Shown here: positions 19,347 through 30,323 of the stretch, piece by piece
How positions within the stretch are numbered: position 1 is the first letter of the stretch
How the letters are laid out: each line of letters starts with the position of its first letter
IMG/VR virus record: IMGVR_UViG_3300045988_122538
Length of the DNA: 64,000 nucleotides
Reading direction: 5' to 3' (one strand)
Source of the DNA: a virus
Program-made: the position numbers and the translations under genes
Notes under the pieces: model-generated
The model's database searches: none
Told to the model about the DNA's origin: nothing
The model's input: only the letters and a program-made list of their open reading frames with translations

Positions 19347-21058
19347 TGTCGAACTCAAACTTAGTAAGTTATGTTGATTCAGGATCAAGTAACTACAACC
19401 AACGAACAGGTCCTATATCTAAGATCACAATTCACCATGCAGCTGGTAAGTTAACATTACAACAATTTTCAAACATAATGCATTCACCAAGTCGAGAAGT
19501 AAGTTGGAATTATGCTATTGCATATGATGGATCAATTGGGCTATTCATACCTGAAGCATATAGAGCATGGACTACATCTAACAGAGATAATGATATGGTT
19601 GCTATAACTATAGAAGTGTCTAACTCGTCAAATGGTGAACCTTGGCCTATTTCTGATGAATCATACAAATCACTCATAAACTTGTGTGAGGATATTTGTA
19701 GACGTAATAACATAACAGCTATCAAGTATACAGGTGATAAGTCAGGAAACCTAACAATGCACAAGTGGTTTGCATCTACAGGATGTCCTGGAACTACTTT
19801 ATCTGCGAAATTTCCTGAAATAATGAACGAGGTAAACAAGCGTTTAGGTCAACCTTGTACATTGCAGTATGTTACAAACCCACTTACAGGAGAGGTAACA
19901 GCTGCTGGGTTAGGTCAAAACGCTTCTATTATATCTGTAGATTCTCTTATTGATTATTCTGCATTTACACCTTATGTTGCAACAATAGACAGAAATGTAA
20001 AATCTGTTGATTTTGATAAGCTTAAAGAATCTGGTGTATGTATTGTAATGATAGAAGCTGGTAGACTATACAACGATAATCATCAAGAAGTAGAGTTGTA
20101 TTCAAACCCACTCATTGATAGTCAAGTAGTAGGTGCTGGTAAAGCATCAATTGATTATGGATTAGTTGCAGATGTAAGAGCTCATAGTGTAGAAGAAGCT
20201 AATAAAGAGCTTAAAGAGCTAACACGTATTATTCAAAAATATACTCCACCGTATGGTATATGGCTAAACATCAATCTATCATCTGATAGAGCAACTAATA
20301 ACAAAATTATAGATAGGTATGAATTTGTTTTACAAGCATTAGGTCTAAAAGATAAGATAGGTCTATATGCAACTAGAGCTCAAATGAAACGTATTGACTG
20401 GACTGAGAAAAGACAGAATGTATTGTACTTATGGCTTAATGATCATGTAGAAGAATCTGAACATCTATCACAAATACTGTCACCAGAATTCTTCATGTTC
20501 GATGAGTCGAAGGCAAGTGATGTACCTGTAATAAATAATACAATATATACATCATCTGGAACAAGTAGCACAACATTCAATTATACAGATTGGTTGTTTG
20601 TAGGAGATTCTAGAACTGTCGGAATGAGCAATGCTGTTGGTAACATTGACTTTGTTGCTAAGGTAGGTTCTGGCTACAATTTCATGACTTCACAACTTAC
20701 AAATATCAAGAATACATATCACAATGCAAATATTGTATTCTGGTTTGGAGTTAATGATCTAGGTAATATAGATAAATATATAGCAGCTTACAATGATCTA
20801 TGTATGAGTATGTCAGATTGTAAGATTGTTGTAGCTACAGTAGGACCTACATCTGGAAGTTATACTAATCTTATGCCTGACATACAAGATTTCAATGCAG
20901 AGCTTAAAACTGGTTTGAATCCTAATATAGCATTGATTGATGTATTCAGCAAAATGGTAAGTGATACATTCAATTCGTCTGATGGTCTACATTACGACAC
21001 AAAAACATACAAATGTGTATACAATTACATTGTGAAAGGAACATATACAGAACAGTAA
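19346..21058 (+). CDS. multidomain tail-associated lysin: amidase_2 + GH25-like region + SGNH esterase
   Basis: N-terminus (ITIHHAAG...STGCPG) is an N-acetylmuramoyl-L-alanine amidase type. The middle segment is loosely GH25-like but lacks obvious catalytic D/E. The C-terminus has SGNH blocks FVGDSRTVG, WFGVND and DGLHY. Confidence 0.8.
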   Translation: MSNSNLVSYVDSGSSNYNQRTGPISKITIHHAAGKLTLQQFSNIMHSPSREVSWNYAIAYDGSIGLFIPEAYRAWTTSNRDNDMVAITIEVSNSSNGEPWPISDESYKSLINLCEDICRRNNITAIKYTGDKSGNLTMHKWFASTGCPGTTLSAKFPEIMNEVNKRLGQPCTLQYVTNPLTGEVTAAGLGQNASIISVDSLIDYSAFTPYVATIDRNVKSVDFDKLKESGVCIVMIEAGRLYNDNHQEVELYSNPLIDSQVVGAGKASIDYGLVADVRAHSVEEANKELKELTRIIQKYTPPYGIWLNINLSSDRATNNKIIDRYEFVLQALGLKDKIGLYATRAQMKRIDWTEKRQNVLYLWLNDHVEESEHLSQILSPEFFMFDESKASDVPVINNTIYTSSGTSSTTFNYTDWLFVGDSRTVGMSNAVGNIDFVAKVGSGYNFMTSQLTNIKNTYHNANIVFWFGVNDLGNIDKYIAAYNDLCMSMSDCKIVVATVGPTSGSYTNLMPDIQDFNAELKTGLNPNIALIDVFSKMVSDTFNSSDGLHYDTKTYKCVYNYIVKGTYTEQ

Positions 21059-21070
21059 AGAGGTGATATC

Positions 21071-23254
21071 ATGAGCTTTGTTCCTAGATTAGATGCCCCT
21101 CCTGCTTCTAGTCCATATTGGAAAACTACAGGTTCAGGCGGTTATAACAAGTGTATCAACATATCTGGTGGTTCTGTATTACCTAACTGTGTAGGATACG
21201 CATATGGTAGATTCATGGAAATAATGAATGCTACATCATGTAATCTATCTACACATAATGCAGGACTTTGGTATGGAAATACTAGCGATGGGTATACTCG
21301 AAGTGATAAACCTCAGTTAGGTGCTGTAGTGTGTTGGAGTAGACCTGGTGAAGCTGGTCACGTAGCTATTGTAGAGCAAATAAATGCTGATGGTAGTATA
21401 GTTACATCTAACAGTGCATATGGTGGTAAACGATTCTATACACAAACATTATCACCACCAGGATATACCTGGAGCGGTAATTATCATCTACAAGGTTTCA
21501 TATGTAATCCATCTGTATCTAGTAGCACTACTGGTACAACTACAGGTAATGCTAGTAAGTTATATCAATTCATAAATTGTGCAAAATCTCAAATAGGTAA
21601 AAAACAGGAATGGGTAAGAGAAACAATTGGTTGTGGTGATATTGAATGGTGTGGTGCATTTGTAGCATCGTGTGCAAAAGTTGCAGGTATATTAGATATT
21701 TTGATTCCGAATAGCTGTAGCTCTGAATATCTAGCTACAGCAGGTGTAGATAAAGGTTGGGGTACTTATCATGAAGGACCTTATCAAGGTTGTGTATTTA
21801 CACCACAAGCTGGGGACTTAATCACATTTCGATGGGAGAATCACTATCCTACTAAATATTCATGTGATCATATTGGTATAGTGACAGATTGTGATGGTAC
21901 TACAATACATACAGTTGAAGGTAATACTGGTACATGGGATAGACACACAAGCTCAATAAAATCTAAAGAGTATGATATAAACTACAAATGTATAAATGGG
22001 TATTATAGACCTAATTGGTCTCTAGTTGGTGCTAGTGTAAATGATGTTTTATTAGGTGGTGCTGCTGGCGGTGCTGCATTTTCGTTGTATAATACACAGA
22101 ATACTAGAGAGGACGCGATGATACGTGAGATAGGCTACTTAGATAGTAATTATAAACCTTCTATATCTACATCTAAGATAAAATTGTCTGTTATAAACTA
22201 CACATCAAGATTAGCTGAAATGTTCTCTCGATTCACAGTTTCAAGCGACGCTGTTGATAATGTATCCATTGATGGTATCGACAATCCAAGTGCTAAAGCT
22301 GCAATTGAATTTCTTATGGGAAAGGGTCTAAATGCAGCAGCAGCTTGTGGTATATGTGGTAACGTAGAACATGAATCTGTACCTCCATACAACACAGCAT
22401 CTGTAGGTGACTATGGTACGTCTTTTGGTATATGTCAGTGGCACAATGAGCGTGGAACTGCTATGAAGCGTATGGTAGGTGACGATTGGGCATCAAATTT
22501 AACCGGACAATTAGAGTATCTTTGGTATGAGTTAAATAATGGTTATACGTCTGTTTTAGCAGCTATAAAGCAAGTACCTAATACAGTTGAAGGTGCAAAG
22601 TCAGCTGCTGATGTATTTGTTAGAAAATTTGAAGTTCCAGCATATGTAGATCAGCAATCTTTGATACGTCAAGCATCTGCTGCTGAATTATTTTCTAAAT
22701 GTATAGTTCAGCAAACATCTTATGGTGGTGGTATAGCTACGCAAGTGAAAACACAGTCAGGTAGAACACCTGGTAATGCTGTAACACATAACATACCATC
22801 GTCTGTTAGGCAAGCTGGCATAACAGCTAACTACACAAACTACCCATATTTCTTTAATATATGGGCAAGAAGTAGTGTTCAAAGAAAACTAGCAGATATA
22901 TGGGCACAACAAGGTAGGCCTAGCGATAGAAATATAGCTACTATAAGTGGATATTACTGCATAGCTATTACATTAACACTAGGTACTACCGGTGATATAG
23001 TAACTGTTGTTTTAGAAGATGGTACATCTTTCAACTGCATTGTAGCTGATTCTAAAGGTGCTAATCCTGCATTGAAGGGTGAGTCTGGTAATGAGTACGG
23101 ACACTCATTCGGCAATGGTACAATCGACATTATTGAGTGGGAGAAAAATGGTACTTCTTCTTCTAATGAAGATAATCATACACAGATAGATCTAACAGGA
23201 TGGAAAGGGAAGAAAGTATCTAAAATCATAAATCATGGACCATACTTATCATGA
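21071..23254 (+). CDS. multidomain tail lysin: CHAP + CHAP/NlpC-P60 + phage tail lysozyme domain
   Basis: First Cys/His pair is NCVGYAYGRF...GHVAIVE. Second is WCGAFVASC...DHIGIVTD...VEGNTG. CGICGNVEHES...FGICQWHNERG matches the tail-lysozyme pattern. Confidence 0.8.
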   Translation: MSFVPRLDAPPASSPYWKTTGSGGYNKCINISGGSVLPNCVGYAYGRFMEIMNATSCNLSTHNAGLWYGNTSDGYTRSDKPQLGAVVCWSRPGEAGHVAIVEQINADGSIVTSNSAYGGKRFYTQTLSPPGYTWSGNYHLQGFICNPSVSSSTTGTTTGNASKLYQFINCAKSQIGKKQEWVRETIGCGDIEWCGAFVASCAKVAGILDILIPNSCSSEYLATAGVDKGWGTYHEGPYQGCVFTPQAGDLITFRWENHYPTKYSCDHIGIVTDCDGTTIHTVEGNTGTWDRHTSSIKSKEYDINYKCINGYYRPNWSLVGASVNDVLLGGAAGGAAFSLYNTQNTREDAMIREIGYLDSNYKPSISTSKIKLSVINYTSRLAEMFSRFTVSSDAVDNVSIDGIDNPSAKAAIEFLMGKGLNAAAACGICGNVEHESVPPYNTASVGDYGTSFGICQWHNERGTAMKRMVGDDWASNLTGQLEYLWYELNNGYTSVLAAIKQVPNTVEGAKSAADVFVRKFEVPAYVDQQSLIRQASAAELFSKCIVQQTSYGGGIATQVKTQSGRTPGNAVTHNIPSSVRQAGITANYTNYPYFFNIWARSSVQRKLADIWAQQGRPSDRNIATISGYYCIAITLTLGTTGDIVTVVLEDGTSFNCIVADSKGANPALKGESGNEYGHSFGNGTIDIIEWEKNGTSSSNEDNHTQIDLTGWKGKKVSKIINHGPYLS

Positions 23255-23265
23255 GGTGATATATA

Positions 23266-23565
23266 ATGATTACATACGGGTATGCAAAGGCATACAAATA
23301 TGCAGGTGACGGTACATTATCGGTCAAAGTACGAATACCATCTGTTCATGGACCATATAAACAGTCTAATGCAAAAGGGAAGACCATTAAGAATTATGTG
23401 TTGGACAACGATTTACCTTGGTATCCGTCTTTGTTGTTACCGCACCTGCCTCAAGAGGGTGAAGTAGTTGCTATTGCATCACTGGATAAAGGAAACAATG
23501 ACTTCATTGTTATTGGACTAACTGGTGGTAGCTACAATGCAGGTGCAACTAATGTAGGAGGTTGA
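23266..23565 (+). CDS. small baseplate-associated protein (hypothetical)
   Basis: 99-aa ORF with a GAGGTGA RBS, directly upstream of the gp25-like gene. Positional inference only. Confidence 0.4.
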   Translation: MITYGYAKAYKYAGDGTLSVKVRIPSVHGPYKQSNAKGKTIKNYVLDNDLPWYPSLLLPHLPQEGEVVAIASLDKGNNDFIVIGLTGGSYNAGATNVGG

Positions 23566-23571
23566 TGAATA

Positions 23572-24018
23572 ATGACGAATTCTTTATCGTTTCCAAACAT
23601 GTTTGATGTAGCACGAAACAAAGTAGGTGTATTGTCTGATAATGAATCTATAGTAAACCGATCTAGATTGCTTATATTGACAGAGCCAACAGAGCTCTAT
23701 CATAATCCTAATTTTGGTGTAGGTTTGAAACGTCATTTATGGCATTATAATACTGAGAACGAGAAAGCTATTCTAAAGGATAGAATTGTAGAACAGTTAC
23801 GTCTACATGAGCCATGTTGTGCACCTGATAAAACATCATTTGCAGATGGATTACTATTTACAGGTGTAGAAGATGACCTAGCTGCTCAAAAGTACAATCG
23901 ACTTACAATGACAGTAGGTATTCAGACTGTATTTGGTGATAATGTCAGTGTGGACATATCAGATTTACAGTCTGTTCTTGATGCTGGTCAAGAAACATAC
24001 AAAGAATTGCATAAATAA
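23572..24018 (+). CDS. baseplate wedge protein, GPW/gp25-like
   Basis: LSFPNMFD...ESIVNRSRLLILTEPTELYHNPNFGVGL fits the gp25 family pattern. 148 aa, precedes the J-like gene. Confidence 0.75.
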   Translation: MTNSLSFPNMFDVARNKVGVLSDNESIVNRSRLLILTEPTELYHNPNFGVGLKRHLWHYNTENEKAILKDRIVEQLRLHEPCCAPDKTSFADGLLFTGVEDDLAAQKYNRLTMTVGIQTVFGDNVSVDISDLQSVLDAGQETYKELHK

Positions 24019-24039
24019 GAAACGGAGGTACAGTAAACT

Positions 24040-26022
24040 ATGTCAGATAATTTAAGAGGTATGATTAAATATACAAGTAGGGATTATGAGTCTATCATGT
24101 CAGAATTCTGGGAACTAGTTCCAAAGCTCACAGAATTATGGAGACCTGAGGCAGATGCAGACCCTGGCGTTGTACTTGGTAAATTCCTTGCAAGTATTGC
24201 AGATATGTTAGGTGTTAATCTAGATTGGCTTGCAAATGAGATTTTTGGTCCATCTGTTACACAAAGAAAGAATGCAGAGAAAATCTTTGGGCTAGTAGGT
24301 TATACACTTGGTTGGTATACAGCTGCAAGAACAGAAGTAACTTTTGTAAACAATCTTGAGCATGCTATTACTCTTGATTTTGGTTTCAATGGAGAAAACT
24401 TCTGCACACTGAATGCTTATACAGACATAACACAGCAGCCTCGTGTTATCACATACAACATTCTTCCTAGAACACATGAATATGGTGCACAAGAAACTCG
24501 TAGTAAGCGAGAAATAATTGCATCTGCTGTAGATACATTTGAAGAGTATGACCAAGTTACACTTAATCCTGGTGAAAAGGTTACACGTGTAGCAATTGAA
24601 GGTGAATTACGTCAAGTATCATACAAAGTATCTGAGGTCAAAGCTAATAATTACATTATCAAGTTACCATCTCAGCATATTGATACTACAGCTGTGTGGA
24701 TGAAAGCAAGAACTTCCCTTAATTTTTCAGATGGTTATGCTAATACTAACTGGAAGCAGGTAGAATCTGCATCTGAATTTGTAACTCCAGAACCAAGATT
24801 CGCTGTTACATATGATAACTATAGTAATGCTCAGATTCAAGTATCTAACTATCTAAATCAGCTTGAAAATTACAACGATAACTACTTGACTGTTTATTGG
24901 ATTGAATGTTCAGGTGCAATTGGTTCAGTAAGTGAAAATGTACTCGGTAATTTCCAGCCTGCAAAGCCTGCAGGATATGGTGGTAGTGAAAATCCTACAA
25001 GTATGGATGGTATTCTTATATCTAACTTGTCAAATACTACAGAACTTCCTCATACTCATACAGTTACAGGTAAAAGTCCAGAATCTGCAAAAGAAGCATA
25101 TGTTAACAGTCGTAATTATGTGAATACTTGGGACAGCTTGATAACTATTCCTGATTATAATAGATTCATCAAACGTGAACCTGGTGTTGATTGCGGTATT
25201 GTCATTGATTGCCAGAAAGCATTGGAAATCAACCTTGCTATTTACAAAAATACGTCGCTTACAGATGATCAAAAGTCTAAGATGTATATCACATATCATG
25301 ATTTCCCTGAGAATGATAATGATATGTTTGATTGGGAAAACATCTTGAAGTTAGGCTTTGACCCTGTAGATCCAAATAAGTTTATTTTCGCAACTAATTT
25401 CAAAACCTACACAGCAATGTGTTTTGCTATATACAATGACTTTGAATCTTCATCATATGGACAAAATACAATTGCAACATTAAACAAACCTAATCCTACA
25501 TGGGAATCTCCTACTATGGAACAAGCTTGTTTCAAACGATATAAGATGCCAGGAGATGTAATTGATGGTATTATACAGGATTACACACCTATTGGTGCTA
25601 TGTCTGTTGATTTACAGTTTGGATATGCAAGAATCTTCCCTTGGTATGTAGTAGGTGAAATTTATCCAAAGAATCCTGTATCTCAAGATGTAGCTGCTAA
25701 CATTGTTGCTCGTGTCAAGGAAGCGTTAGCATTGTACTTCTCTCCTGCTAATCGTGAATTTGGTCAGAAGCCTACTGTCATGGAAGTAGTAGATGTAATT
25801 GAGAATGCAGATAATCGCATTAAGTACTTTGATGCAGGAAGCTTAAAAAATCCAGTTATTGTGTATAAAGAATTCGTGAAGAATCAATTTGGTAACACAA
25901 TGCACATAACATATGATATTGAGTATTTCAATCCTATTTCATTTGCTCAATACAAAGATCCAGGAGCACTTGCTACTAACCCTAACATCCGAATTGCACC
26001 TGATTGGGTTCTATCTAAATAA
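24040..26022 (+). CDS. baseplate J-like protein
   Basis: N-terminal DYESIMSEFWELVPKLTELWRPEADADPGVVLGKFLASIADMLGVNLDWLANE is typical of baseplate J/gp6-like proteins. 660 aa. Confidence 0.8.
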   Translation: MSDNLRGMIKYTSRDYESIMSEFWELVPKLTELWRPEADADPGVVLGKFLASIADMLGVNLDWLANEIFGPSVTQRKNAEKIFGLVGYTLGWYTAARTEVTFVNNLEHAITLDFGFNGENFCTLNAYTDITQQPRVITYNILPRTHEYGAQETRSKREIIASAVDTFEEYDQVTLNPGEKVTRVAIEGELRQVSYKVSEVKANNYIIKLPSQHIDTTAVWMKARTSLNFSDGYANTNWKQVESASEFVTPEPRFAVTYDNYSNAQIQVSNYLNQLENYNDNYLTVYWIECSGAIGSVSENVLGNFQPAKPAGYGGSENPTSMDGILISNLSNTTELPHTHTVTGKSPESAKEAYVNSRNYVNTWDSLITIPDYNRFIKREPGVDCGIVIDCQKALEINLAIYKNTSLTDDQKSKMYITYHDFPENDNDMFDWENILKLGFDPVDPNKFIFATNFKTYTAMCFAIYNDFESSSYGQNTIATLNKPNPTWESPTMEQACFKRYKMPGDVIDGIIQDYTPIGAMSVDLQFGYARIFPWYVVGEIYPKNPVSQDVAANIVARVKEALALYFSPANREFGQKPTVMEVVDVIENADNRIKYFDAGSLKNPVIVYKEFVKNQFGNTMHITYDIEYFNPISFAQYKDPGALATNPNIRIAPDWVLSK

Positions 26023-26036
26023 GGAGGTTCAAGTAT

Positions 26037-27314
26037 ATGGATATCAAAAACATATCACTTCCTGAAATATACAAAGAAAGTGCAGATTTCAGATTCTTCT
26101 GTAAATGGTTTGAAGAAGCTCTTGGTAAGATAAAATATGACACAGAGAACTTCTTTGATCTTTATGATCCATTAAAATGCCCAGAAGATTTACTCTGGGC
26201 TCTTGCAGATACTATGGGATACAAGTATGATGATCGCCTTCCTACATCATTCAATAGACTTGTACTATTGTATTTCATGTCTATGATACGGAACAGAGGT
26301 AGTAAAGATGGTGTAACATTAGCTGCGGAAACTAATCTTGCACAATTTCCTATCTTAATGAAAGCACAAGGTTATACCGATGAATATACTGTGAAACATG
26401 AAGGTAAAGAAATTTTATATAACCGACTTGAGGATACATCTATACCTGTAAACTCTGTATATGTAACTGCACATACTCCAGAAGGATATATTGATGTAGT
26501 TTACTTCTCTACTAAGATACCGTTAGATGCTTGTATTGAGTATGTAAGACCGCTTGGAATGTTTTTATTCCAAACAGCTGGAGTTCGCTTCGATACTCGT
26601 ACTAAAATTACAGTAGATGCTCGTCTTACACATACAGCAGAGCTTGGAATATCTATAGGACCTACACATGTTGGTCATTATCGCAGAGAAGATTATGCTC
26701 GTTTACAAAAAACTGTTGATCATGAAGATACTATGCCTACAAACGATAAAACTCATGTTCGTAATCCAGTTTGGTATAGAAATAGTGACTATGAGGATGA
26801 TACTTATGGTGACGGTGAATATGGTAGCGGTGCTGGTATGTATCCTAACGGTAAAGGTCCTGGTTGTGATCCTGGATATCGTTCATTATTCTCATTACAG
26901 ATGTCAAATAATGAGGAAATAGTCAAAGCGTTGATAGATCCTATATTCAGTTTAGGATATCAGCCTCAGTCTGTAGATACTATGGTACCAATGGATTACT
27001 TGAATCCTCCGTACAGAGATACAGATAAACCTAGAGTCAATTTACGATATGACAAACACATAGACGAATTATCAACTCCGGGTTCTGGTATCGGTAAGTA
27101 TGATGTTGTTACTGTAGAACCAAATCGCAGTAAGGATATATTGAATCCTAGACCTGCTGTAAATCCTGTTATGTCTTCACTTGGTGATTCAATATCATTA
27201 AATGATACAAACACTAAGTATACAAAGGTTACAGATGCAGATGCTGGAACTATTAAATCGGCTGATGTAGTAGACGGTGATATCGTGATTGATACAAATA
27301 AATCGTCATCTTAA
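26037..27314 (+). CDS. baseplate/tail protein, P2 gpI-like
   Basis: LPEIYKESADFRFFCKWFEE...DLYDPLKCPEDLLWALADTMGY matches the gpI-type N-terminal pattern. Follows the J-like gene. Confidence 0.65.
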   Translation: MDIKNISLPEIYKESADFRFFCKWFEEALGKIKYDTENFFDLYDPLKCPEDLLWALADTMGYKYDDRLPTSFNRLVLLYFMSMIRNRGSKDGVTLAAETNLAQFPILMKAQGYTDEYTVKHEGKEILYNRLEDTSIPVNSVYVTAHTPEGYIDVVYFSTKIPLDACIEYVRPLGMFLFQTAGVRFDTRTKITVDARLTHTAELGISIGPTHVGHYRREDYARLQKTVDHEDTMPTNDKTHVRNPVWYRNSDYEDDTYGDGEYGSGAGMYPNGKGPGCDPGYRSLFSLQMSNNEEIVKALIDPIFSLGYQPQSVDTMVPMDYLNPPYRDTDKPRVNLRYDKHIDELSTPGSGIGKYDVVTVEPNRSKDILNPRPAVNPVMSSLGDSISLNDTNTKYTKVTDADAGTIKSADVVDGDIVIDTNKSSS

Positions 27315-27323
27315 CCTTTAATA
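27313..27323 (+). promoter_or_regulatory. AACCTTATATA-box variant (AACCTTTAATA)
   Basis: Begins in the stop codon of the previous gene, 20 nt upstream of ATG 27343. An identical variant occurs at 47585. Confidence 0.3.
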
Positions 27324-27342
27324 AATACATGGAGGTGTTCGT

Positions 27343-27612
27343 ATGCCTACAGATATATTCAATGAAAAATACCCTAAATTAGGTCAAGGACCTGCTACTA
27401 AAGTAAGCGAAGATGCTAAAGTAGTAGATCCTAAAGCTAAGGCAAAAGATGATGTAGGGTTTACACATCCTAATCTTCATAGAAGAATATACACACCATC
27501 TGATGGTAGTTTACATCATAAATACGAACTAGGTATAGAAGGTACATGTTCTTACAGAACTACTGAAACAATTACACATGATGAAGAATCAAAAACTTCT
27601 GAAATACCGTAA
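27343..27612 (+). CDS. hypothetical protein
   Basis: 89-aa ORF with a GGAGGTG RBS. Confidence 0.55.
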   Translation: MPTDIFNEKYPKLGQGPATKVSEDAKVVDPKAKAKDDVGFTHPNLHRRIYTPSDGSLHHKYELGIEGTCSYRTTETITHDEESKTSEIP

Positions 27613-27639
27613 GTCCAATATAGAAAGTAGGTGATTACA

Positions 27640-29958
27640 ATGAAGTTAGATTCAGTTCAATGTTCTAAAGATCTTGGTGTTAAATACAATGTAACATTTA
27701 AGGTGTTAGATGCTGCAACAGGAGAACTAGTATCTGAACATATTGGTCATAACCAAGCTACTAATTCAATGCTTACTGGTATAGCACATTACCTAAAAGG
27801 TGATGGTATCTTAAATCAAGCAACACATATGTTATCTCGACATATACCAAGATACATATCGCTTGGAACTATGGGTCTATTTTCTCAAGACGAAGAGATA
27901 GTAGCTGAAATTGGTGATGACGGAAAGATTCAATATGTGAATACTGGTTTACCTGCCGGTATCGGGGATAAACAATATGAAGATGATGGTACGACAGTAA
28001 GAAGTGAGACAAGACGTTTCACTTCTTATATTGATACCATGCCTGGCTATGGTGCAGACGGATATGATAGTAATCGTAATAACAACAGAAGTAAATTAGG
28101 TCTTGGTCCAGTATTTGCAAATCGTAGTTCAGCAAACACAGAACATCCTAAAACTGTTGAATGTGAGCTTATATCGGATACATTCCCTCGAGCTTCTATT
28201 ACTTACAGAGAGCTGGTACCAGAATGTAATGCAGAAATTGCAGAGACAATTGATATCATTTATAGTGCTATGATTTCTACAGGTGCACTTGCACAGTTCA
28301 GAGAACCTGACAAGGATTATGTTTTCATAACAGAAGCTGGCCTATGGTCAAATGATGTATGGACAGACACTGCAAGCAATGGTCTATTAGCTGGTTACAG
28401 AATTGCTCCTCCTGATGAAAAGAATTGGGACATGACTGTAGCAGCGAATCGTGAACTGCTAAAGCGTAACATAATTAAAGTAAAGAAAAATCAAGTTGTA
28501 CAGGTAATATGGAAGATACAATTAGGCTCTCATAGGCAACTAATTGGTAAGGATATGCACTGTGATTGTACATGTCCATCATCTGATTGTCCTTGTCATG
28601 GTGGTAACAAGCCTAAACCTACTTATCCACAAATCCGCATAAATATTGTACAAGAAAACTGTACAATGAATATAGGTGAATCTGTTAAGCTTGATCTAGA
28701 TATCATAACAACTTATGAGGACGGTACAACATCTACGGTTAGATGGACTCCTGATTCTGAGACAAAGATAATATGGTCATCTAACAAACCTTCTGTAATA
28801 TCTGTTGATACAGCTGGTACAATTACATCATTAGTAGCGGGTGATGCAACAATAACTGCAAAGCTTTCTAGTGACAATGCAATTTATGATACTTGTAGAG
28901 CTCAGAGTAAAGTAGATCTTCCTCTTGATGATGAAGTTACATCCTATGCCATTTTCTCAACTGGTAGCTTGCATCTTGGTGCTCGTGTACAGATTACTGC
29001 AAATAAACTTGCAGTTAGCGAACGATTGATTTGGGAAGCTTCTGGAAATCCTAATGGTTCTATAACTGGTACAGGTACTGACTCATCATTTTACATTCTT
29101 GGAGAAAATACGTCTGAAGCAGTTCCTGCTATTGTATCTAGCGGTGGTAATTATTTCGACATTGATGTTTATGCACCTGAAGGTATAACACATTCGTTGT
29201 CTAATTATTCAAAACCATATGGTATATATCGTGGAGGTTCACTACACAAGTTACCGGATGATTATACGATACCATCTATTCGATTGATAAATGTAACAGA
29301 TAATTTACAAGAGTTACCTCATGTAGACGCAAGTCTAGGACATTCTGTTGTAATAACAGAAAATTGTGCTACAATACTATCACAGGTACAACCTAGTAGC
29401 TCAAGCTCATTTGTACAGTTATCATTGTCTGATGGTAGAAAGGTATCTGGATATATTGTTGGTACAATTGAGTCTACTGATATTGTAGCAACATCTTTAG
29501 ATAATGGTGTATCAACTACAATGACATTACATGGGTATGGTTCAATACACATGAACTCATCTTCGGATGCTCAAGTTCACATATATGTAGAACCTGGTAA
29601 CTATGCAATACATCAATTACTTCATAGTGGTAACTATGCTTATTTTGAGTTTGTAAGTGCTTCACCTGCAACACCTGTGTTCATGTATGTACAAGAACGA
29701 GTTCAGTTAGCAGATGATGGTTACATTATAAATAAGGGTGATACACGATCTGGATTGATATACTGTGATGGAGGAAACTTAACAGAATCTGATGGTAGAA
29801 GTTATCCTGCATTCAGCTGCGGCACTGGTAATGAGCTGCGTCTTTATGTTGAAGCTCCTAACGGTACAATCAATATTCGTAATGATTCAGTTGTTAGAGG
29901 CTGCTTGTATGCTAACAATGTTGTAATTGGTAACGATGTACAGGTTATCATTGAGTAG
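27640..29958 (+). CDS. tail fibre / receptor-binding protein with Big_2-like domain
   Basis: Track frame 27631..29958. ATG 27640 follows AGGTGA. VISVDTAGTITSLVAGDATITAK fits the bacterial Ig-like group 2 pattern. Lies distal to the baseplate genes. Confidence 0.6.
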   Translation: MKLDSVQCSKDLGVKYNVTFKVLDAATGELVSEHIGHNQATNSMLTGIAHYLKGDGILNQATHMLSRHIPRYISLGTMGLFSQDEEIVAEIGDDGKIQYVNTGLPAGIGDKQYEDDGTTVRSETRRFTSYIDTMPGYGADGYDSNRNNNRSKLGLGPVFANRSSANTEHPKTVECELISDTFPRASITYRELVPECNAEIAETIDIIYSAMISTGALAQFREPDKDYVFITEAGLWSNDVWTDTASNGLLAGYRIAPPDEKNWDMTVAANRELLKRNIIKVKKNQVVQVIWKIQLGSHRQLIGKDMHCDCTCPSSDCPCHGGNKPKPTYPQIRINIVQENCTMNIGESVKLDLDIITTYEDGTTSTVRWTPDSETKIIWSSNKPSVISVDTAGTITSLVAGDATITAKLSSDNAIYDTCRAQSKVDLPLDDEVTSYAIFSTGSLHLGARVQITANKLAVSERLIWEASGNPNGSITGTGTDSSFYILGENTSEAVPAIVSSGGNYFDIDVYAPEGITHSLSNYSKPYGIYRGGSLHKLPDDYTIPSIRLINVTDNLQELPHVDASLGHSVVITENCATILSQVQPSSSSSFVQLSLSDGRKVSGYIVGTIESTDIVATSLDNGVSTTMTLHGYGSIHMNSSSDAQVHIYVEPGNYAIHQLLHSGNYAYFEFVSASPATPVFMYVQERVQLADDGYIINKGDTRSGLIYCDGGNLTESDGRSYPAFSCGTGNELRLYVEAPNGTINIRNDSVVRGCLYANNVVIGNDVQVIIE

Positions 29959-29970
29959 GAGGTGTAGATA

Positions 29971-30318
29971 GTGGACGAAATTGTATTTACTCCTGCAGCT
30001 GTATTAGATCTTTTAACACAGATTGAAGAGTTGAAAGATTATGAAATCGGAATTAAGGACGGAGTGTCTGGCAAACTTCAAGTAACCGTAGGCGAATCGG
30101 TTTACACTATTGATACAAACAACGTTGCTGAGGTTCATGTAGATGAATCTACAGTTAATGATGTAGAAGATGTAAATCAAGACGCATATTCGTCAATGTC
30201 AGATTCAGGTGAGGTTGAGCTTGAACCTATAAATTCGGGCATTATAAAACAATTTGCTAAAACATTACTTGTAGGTGGGCTTGTTCGACTTACATCTAAG
30301 ATTTTAAGTAAGGAGTGA
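29971..30318 (+). CDS. hypothetical acidic protein
   Basis: 115-aa ORF with a GTG start after AGGAGGTG. Acidic central region. Confidence 0.5.
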   Translation: MDEIVFTPAAVLDLLTQIEELKDYEIGIKDGVSGKLQVTVGESVYTIDTNNVAEVHVDESTVNDVEDVNQDAYSSMSDSGEVELEPINSGIIKQFAKTLLVGGLVRLTSKILSKE

Positions 30319-30323
30319 TTCAT

